A stretch of 64,000 nt of DNA from Alphaproteobacteria bacterium (GTDB lineage Bacteria; Desulfobacterota; Binatia; UBA12015). The stretch spans positions 960 through 64,959 of the forward strand of contig JAFMJW010000001.1 in NCBI GenBank assembly GCA_017853315.1, written 5' to 3'. The position numbers were made by a program, and so were the translations under genes. The notes under the pieces are model-generated. The model was not told the DNA's origin, ran no database searches, and saw only the letters and a program-made list of their open reading frames with translations. Positions 58,331-64,000 of the stretch are shown here, in pieces (position 1 is the stretch's first letter; each line of letters opens with the position of its first letter).

Positions 58331-59842
58331 ATGGCGTTCGAACCGAAGATGGGACTGACCCAGGGGCTTCGCCAGAGCCTGGTCATCACTCCCCAGCTCA
58401 AGCAGGCCATCAAGATCCTGCAGCTCGCCCAGGTCGACCTCGCCCAGATGCTGGCCGAGGAGGCCGAGCAGAACCCGACGCTCGAGGTGCTCGACGCCGG
58501 CGAGGACGAGGTCGAAACCGAGGCCGACGGGCCGACGCCCGACGAGCGCATGCAGGAACTCGCGGACCCGACCGCGGAGGACCCGGTCCCGTCGTCGGCC
58601 GACGAGGGCGCCGCCGAGATCACCCCGGAGAGTTCCACGCTGGGCGACGTCAACTGGGAGGAGTACCTCTCGGACTGGGCGGCCAACTCGGCGCAGGGCT
58701 CGATGTCGGCGGGGGCGGGATCGGACTGGGACGAGGATCGCCGCCCCTCGGTCGAGAACACGCTCTCCCGTGCGTCGACGCTGGCCGACCACCTCACCTG
58801 GCAGCTCCGGATGGGGGAGTTCACGCCGGAGGAGCGCGAGATCGGCGACATTCTCGTCGGCAACGCGGACGACAACGGCTACCTCCGGATCACCGTCGAG
58901 GACGCGGCCTTCGAGGCGGGGGCCGACGTGGCGACCGTCGAGCGCGTGCTCGCACGCATGCAGGACTTCGAACCGGCCGGCGTGCTCGCCCGCGACCTGC
59001 GCGAGTGCCTGCTCGTCCAGCTCCGGCAGCGGGGCGAAGGCGAGGGCGTCGCCGCGGCGATCGTGCGGGACCACCTCCCGCTGCTCGAGGCGAGGCGCTT
59101 CGACCGCCTCGCGCGGGAACTCGGCGTCGACGACGAGGAGGTGTCGCGGGCGACGGCGCTCGTCGCCTCGCTCGAGCCGAAGCCGGGCCGCGACTTCGCC
59201 TCCCAGGACGTCCGCTACGTCGTCCCCGACGTCTTCGTCGAGAAGATGGACGGGGAGTGGGTCGTTCTCCTGAACGACGACGGCATGCCGCGCCTGCGGG
59301 TGAGCAACGCCTACCGCCGGATGCTGTCGGACGAGGAGGGTTCGTCGGAGGCGAAGACCTACATCCGGGAGAAGCTCTCCGCCGCGCAGTGGCTCATCCG
59401 CAGCATCCAGAAGCGCCAGAGCACGCTCTTCAAGGTGACCTCGTCGATCGTGGGTTTCCAGCGCGAGTTCCTCGAGCACGGCGTCAAGGCCCTGCGCCCG
59501 CTGCGCCTCCAGGACGTCGCCGACGACATCGACATGCACGAGTCGACGGTCAGCCGGGCGACCGCGAACAAGTGGGTCCACACCCCGCAGGGCACGCTCG
59601 AGCTCAAGTACTTCTTCACCTCGAGCATCCGCTCCTCCGACGGCGACGACCACTCGGCCGAGTCGGTCAAGGAGCAGATTCGCGGCATCATCGAGTCCGA
59701 GGATCCGCGGAAGCCCTTCAGCGACCAGCACATCGCCCAGATGCTCGCGGCTTCCAACGTCGAGATCGCGCGGCGCACCGTGGCCAAGTACCGTGAGAAC
59801 ATGGGGATTCTGCCCTCTTCCAAACGGAGACAAGTTGCGTGA
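58331..59842 (+). CDS. rpoN: RNA polymerase sigma-54 factor
   Basis: ATG at 58331. LKQAIKILQLAQVDLAQ region I, acidic region II, C-terminal RpoN box RRTVAKYRENMGILPSSKRRQ. Confidence 0.9.
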   Translation: MAFEPKMGLTQGLRQSLVITPQLKQAIKILQLAQVDLAQMLAEEAEQNPTLEVLDAGEDEVETEADGPTPDERMQELADPTAEDPVPSSADEGAAEITPESSTLGDVNWEEYLSDWAANSAQGSMSAGAGSDWDEDRRPSVENTLSRASTLADHLTWQLRMGEFTPEEREIGDILVGNADDNGYLRITVEDAAFEAGADVATVERVLARMQDFEPAGVLARDLRECLLVQLRQRGEGEGVAAAIVRDHLPLLEARRFDRLARELGVDDEEVSRATALVASLEPKPGRDFASQDVRYVVPDVFVEKMDGEWVVLLNDDGMPRLRVSNAYRRMLSDEEGSSEAKTYIREKLSAAQWLIRSIQKRQSTLFKVTSSIVGFQREFLEHGVKALRPLRLQDVADDIDMHESTVSRATANKWVHTPQGTLELKYFFTSSIRSSDGDDHSAESVKEQIRGIIESEDPRKPFSDQHIAQMLAASNVEIARRTVAKYRENMGILPSSKRRQVA

Positions 59843-60192
59843 ACAACTCGAAGGACATCCCGATCACCGTGACGTTCCGTCACGTCGCGCCGACCGAGGC
59901 GCTGCGCGCGCATGCGGAGAAGAAGCTCGCGGGGCTCGCGAGCCAGGTCCCGGGCGCCACCGACGTCCACGTGGTGCTCGAGGTCTCGCAGCACCACCAC
60001 CGCCAGAAGGCGGAGATCACCGTCCACGCGGACGGGCACCACGTGCTCCAGGCCCACGAGGAGACCGTCGACCTCTACCAGTCGATCGACGGCGCCGTCG
60101 CGAAGCTGCAGAGCCAGGTCCGCACGCTGCGGGGCAAGGTCATCGACACGCCCCGTCGCGAAGGCACCGACCGGCGCCGCGGCGGCGCATGA
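59839..60192 (+). CDS. hpf: Ribosome hibernation promoting factor (HPF/RaiA, sigma-54 modulation protein)
   Basis: GTG overlaps the rpoN stop. ITVTFRHVAPTEALRAHAEKKLAGL...KAEITVHADGHHVLQAHEETVDLYQSIDGAVAKL. Confidence 0.85.
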   Translation: MNNSKDIPITVTFRHVAPTEALRAHAEKKLAGLASQVPGATDVHVVLEVSQHHHRQKAEITVHADGHHVLQAHEETVDLYQSIDGAVAKLQSQVRTLRGKVIDTPRREGTDRRRGGA

Positions 60193-60202
60193 CCGAGAGC
60201 GC

Positions 60203-60661
60203 ATGACCATCACCGACATCCTCGGCCCGGACCGGATCGTGCCCGAACTCCGGGCGACGACGAAGCAGGGAGTCCTCGAGGAGCTGGCGGCCCTGCTCGC
60301 GGGCGCGACGGGCACGGACGCGGCGAAGCTGCTTGCCGTGCTGCGCGAGCGCGAGCGGCTCAACAGCACGGCGATCGGCGAGGGCATCGCGATCCCCCAC
60401 GGCCGCCTGCCCGGGCTGCGCGGGGTCGTCGCGGGCTTCGCGCGCAGCACGCCGGGGGTCGACTTCGACTCCGTCGACAAGCAGCCCGCGCGGCTCTTCT
60501 TCGTGCTGGTCGCCCCGGACGACGCGGCGGCCATGCACCTGAAGGCGCTGGCGCGGATCTCGCGCCTGCTCAAGGACAAGGACTTCCGCGCGCGCCTGCT
60601 CGAGCTGCCGACGCGCGAGGAGCTTCACGCGGCGATCCTCGCCGAGGACGCGAAGTTCTGA
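60203..60661 (+). CDS. ptsN: PTS IIA-like nitrogen regulatory protein PtsN (EIIA-Ntr)
   Basis: ATG at 60203. TAIGEGIAIPHGRL, with the phosphorylatable His in IPHG. Lies in the conserved position after hpf. Confidence 0.85.
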   Translation: MTITDILGPDRIVPELRATTKQGVLEELAALLAGATGTDAAKLLAVLRERERLNSTAIGEGIAIPHGRLPGLRGVVAGFARSTPGVDFDSVDKQPARLFFVLVAPDDAAAMHLKALARISRLLKDKDFRARLLELPTREELHAAILAEDAKF

Positions 60662-60747
60662 GCGCCCGGGGGGATCGGCCGGGCACCGCGACCACGGTCA
60701 CGGTCGCCGAGCTCGCGGCCCTCCAGGGGCCGCTCCGTCTCGAGCTC

Positions 60748-61623
<876 letters not shown>

Positions 61624-61687
61624 TCGGACCGGTGGGCGGCCCGTTGCAGGGTCGGCCGAATCGGCAGAGGAAGGTGTCGAGGATCCC

Positions 61688-62554
61688 GTGACGAAGCACC
61701 CGCTCCAGGTGGCCGTGATCACCGGGCTCTCGGGCTCCGGCAAGAGCACCGCCATCCACGTGCTCGAGGACCTCGGCTTCTATTGCATCGACAACCTGCC
61801 CGCGGTCCTGATCCCGCGCTTTCTCGACCTCTGCGAGGACAGCGACGAGGTGACCCGGGTGGCGCTCGGCGTCGACACCCGCGGCCGCAGCTTCCTCGAC
61901 GACCTCCCCGGCGTGCTCGACGAGATCCGCTCCCGCGGCCACCGCGCCCAGGTGGTGTACCTCGAAGCCTCCGACGACGCGCTCGTCCGGCGCTTCAGCG
62001 AGACCCGCCGGCCCCACCCGATGGCCCAGGGCAGCGACGTCGCCGCCGGGATCCGCCGCGAGCGGGACCGGCTCGCGAGCCTTCGCGAGCAGGCCGACCG
62101 GATCCTCGACACGACGGCGTTCACTTCCCAGGAACTGCGCGAGGAGCTGCGCGGGATCTTCGGCCGCGACGGCGTCGACGGCGGGCTGCGGGTGAACCTC
62201 GTGTCCTTCGGGTTCAAGTTCGGCCTGCCGGCGGACGCGGACCTGGTCTGGGACGTGCGCTTCCTGCCGAATCCCTTCTACGTCGGGGACCTGCGCCCGC
62301 TGACGGGCCTCGACGCGCCGGTCGCCGAGTTCGTGCTGGGGCAGGCCGAGGCCCGCCGGTTCCTCGATCTCGCCGGGGAGTTCCTCGCCTTCTCGCTCCC
62401 CCTCTACCGCCGCGAGGGCAAGTCCTACCTGACGGTGGCCGTGGGCTGCACCGGGGGCCGGCACCGCTCGGTCGTGCTGGTGGAACGGCTGCACGGAATG
62501 TTAAGCGGGGAAAAGGCCGAGATCGTGGTGCGGCATCGCGACATTCGCCGCTAG
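61688..62554 (+). CDS. rapZ: RNase adapter protein RapZ (YhbJ), P-loop NTPase
   Basis: GTG at 61688. VITGLSGSGKSTA Walker A, GCTGGRHRSV C-terminal motif. Confidence 0.85.
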   Translation: MTKHPLQVAVITGLSGSGKSTAIHVLEDLGFYCIDNLPAVLIPRFLDLCEDSDEVTRVALGVDTRGRSFLDDLPGVLDEIRSRGHRAQVVYLEASDDALVRRFSETRRPHPMAQGSDVAAGIRRERDRLASLREQADRILDTTAFTSQELREELRGIFGRDGVDGGLRVNLVSFGFKFGLPADADLVWDVRFLPNPFYVGDLRPLTGLDAPVAEFVLGQAEARRFLDLAGEFLAFSLPLYRREGKSYLTVAVGCTGGRHRSVVLVERLHGMLSGEKAEIVVRHRDIRR

Positions 62555-62602
62555 CGCTCGGGCCGGTACGGTTGCACTCTGAGGGAGACGGGAGTTCGAG
62601 AC

Positions 62603-63049
62603 TTGCGGGGCAGCGCAGTGAACGGAGCGGGAGTCGCCCTGGCCGGCCGGCCGCCGGTGGGCGTCGTGGTCGTGGGCCACGGCCGCCTCGCGGCCGACAT
62701 GGTCGAGGCGCTCGTGAGCGTCGTCGGGCAGGTCGAGGCCGTCGAGGGCGTCGCCTGCTCGCCGACGGACGACCAGCCTGCCGTGTGCCGTCGCATCCTG
62801 GACGCGATCGGCCGCGTCGATCGCGGAGCAGGCGTGGTCGTGCTGACGGACATGCTCGGCGACACCGCGTCGAACGCGACCCTCGCGATCGCCCGCGAGA
62901 GGTCGGACCTCGAGATGGTCGCGGGCGTCAACATGCCGATGCTGCTGAAGCTCACGACCTGCCGTTCGGGCCCGACCGCGGCCGACCTCGCCGAGACGCT
63001 GCGTCGCTACGGGCAGGACCACATCCATCACCCGACCCGCGGCTCCTGA
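62603..63049 (+). CDS. PTS EIIA component, mannose/fructose family
   Basis: VGVVVVGHGRLA (phospho-His loop), typical EIIA-Man fold length. The start (TTG at 62603 vs a later GTG) is uncertain. Confidence 0.65.
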   Translation: MRGSAVNGAGVALAGRPPVGVVVVGHGRLAADMVEALVSVVGQVEAVEGVACSPTDDQPAVCRRILDAIGRVDRGAGVVVLTDMLGDTASNATLAIARERSDLEMVAGVNMPMLLKLTTCRSGPTAADLAETLRRYGQDHIHHPTRGS

Positions 63050-63056
63050 GCCGGGC

Positions 63057-63323
63057 ATGCGCCGCACCTTCCGCATCAGGAACAAGCTGGGCCTCCACGC
63101 ACGCGCCGCGGCCCAACTCGTGAACCTCGCGGCGAGCTTCGAGTCCGAGGTGTCGATCCTGAAGGACGACCAGACGGTGAACGGCAAGAGCATCATGGGG
63201 CTCATGATGCTGGGGGCGAGCCAGGGCACCGACATCGAGGTCGAGGCCGAGGGCGCGGACGCGGCCGAGGCGCTCGACGCGATCGGCGCGCTGATCGACG
63301 CGCGCTTCAACGAGTCGCAGTAG
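63057..63323 (+). CDS. ptsH: Phosphocarrier protein HPr
   Basis: ATG at 63057. GLHARAAAQLV with the His15 context; SILKDDQTVNGKSIMGLMMLGA, where Ser46 is an HprK target. Confidence 0.85.
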   Translation: MRRTFRIRNKLGLHARAAAQLVNLAASFESEVSILKDDQTVNGKSIMGLMMLGASQGTDIEVEAEGADAAEALDAIGALIDARFNESQ

Positions 63324-63344
63324 CGCCGGCTTCGCCGGCGAGCC

Positions 63345-64000
63345 TCAGAAGAACGTCGAGAAGACGGCGTCGGCGAGCAGCAGGCCGCGGGGCGTCAGGA
63401 CGAGCCGATCCCCCCGCCACGCGGCAAGTCCGTCCGAGACGAGGCTCGTCGCGTGGGGAAACGCTTCGGCGAACTCCTCGCCGAAGCGCAGGCGGAAGGC
63501 CGTGGGGTCGAGGCCGCGCGACTCGCGCAGGGCGAGCCAGCAGGTCTCGCCCATCGCCTCCCGCCGGCCCAGCGCCTCCGTGTCGGCGATGCCCGTGCCG
63601 CGTTCGCGGACGGCGTCCATCCAGCGCCCGGGGTCGCGCACGTTCTCCCACCTGCGTCCGAAGCACGCGTCGCCGCCGCCCCCGCGTCCGTCGAGCGGCG
63701 CGAAGGAGTGGGCCCCCGCGCCGATGCCGACGTAGGGCGTCCCGCGCCAGTAGGCCTGGTTGTGTCGCGCCTCGAGTCCCGGTCGCGCGAAGTTCGAGAT
63801 CTCGTAGGGTTCGAGGCCGGCGTCGCGGAGCCGGCCTCGAACGAGCTCGAACATCGCGACCTCGAGTTCCTCGGGGGCCTGGCGGACCCGCCCGGCGGCC
63901 CGCTCGCGGTGGAAGGCGGTGCCGGGCTCGAAGGTGAGAGCATAGGCCGAGACGTGCGCGGTGCCGTGCGAGATCGCCTCGTCGACGTCGGCTTCGCAGG
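63345..64000 (-). CDS. hemW: Radical SAM family heme chaperone HemW (coproporphyrinogen III oxidase-like), 3' portion only; N-terminus lies beyond the window edge
   Basis: In-frame homology continues upstream of the ORF-track Met to the window end (...DEAISHGTAHVSAYALTFEPGTAFHRERAAG...). C-terminal HemN_C-like domain. Confidence 0.7.
   Translation of the reverse strand, partial: CEADVDEAISHGTAHVSAYALTFEPGTAFHRERAAGRVRQAPEELEVAMFELVRGRLRDAGLEPYEISNFARPGLEARHNQAYWRGTPYVGIGAGAHSFAPLDGRGGGGDACFGRRWENVRDPGRWMDAVRERGTGIADTEALGRREAMGETCWLALRESRGLDPTAFRLRFGEEFAEAFPHATSLVSDGLAAWRGDRLVLTPRGLLLADAVFSTFF

Overview
This 64 kb window is a very high-GC (~72%) bacterial chromosomal segment. Myxococcales-type Cys-rich repeats (CDVAETCDG.S..CP.D), TSP3-like repeats, PT-linkers and GC3-saturated codon usage point to a myxobacterium, possibly Anaeromyxobacter-like; this is inference. 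The strongest candidate for an undescribed system is a 9-gene chemosensory / partner-switching operon (rsbW-STAS-MCP-cheW-cheR/TPR-Cys/CheW-cheA/REC-cheB-REC/PP2C) lying convergently against an ABC transporter operon that carries its own embedded STAS-domain protein. Order of calls: a tonB-exbB-exbD-exbD cluster; a standalone SIR2-like protein; a secreted protein carrying a tandem-duplicated novel 6-Cys domain, with a third standalone copy 7 kb away; an alpha/beta hydrolase; a malate-CoA ligase-like (sucCD family) pair plus a small Cys protein, divergent from malyl-CoA lyase (mcl); a Cas4-like PD-(D/E)xK nuclease; an ABC transporter operon with a tandem-duplicated substrate-binding protein and an embedded STAS-domain protein; the 9-gene chemosensory / partner-switching operon, all genes coupled by 4-nt start/stop overlaps and headed by a fatty-acid hydroxylase-family protein and an HslJ-like lipoprotein; a large secreted beta-helix/PT-linker protein; cmoA translationally coupled to an ICMT-like membrane methyltransferase; a cluster of secreted enzymes (metalloprotease, BNR/sialidase-like, beta-helix protein) with myxo Cys-rich repeats; a Kbp-like BON-LysM protein; a HAD hydrolase; a prs-like plus thymidine/AMP-phosphorylase-like pair; a kdsB-pyrG-kdsA-kdsD operon; a YHS-domain copper P-type ATPase; and the conserved lptC-lptA-lptB-rpoN-hpf-ptsN-hprK-rapZ-EIIA(Man)-ptsH locus, ending in a partial hemW. 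No rRNA, tRNA, CRISPR array or obvious mobile element was seen. Many long antisense ORFs in the track are GC-driven artefacts. Start sites marked 'verified in sequence' were checked by reading the start codon in the sequence at the computed coordinate (a first-pass misread was corrected on recount in a few cases); some Met codons in the ORF track are really GTG/TTG.
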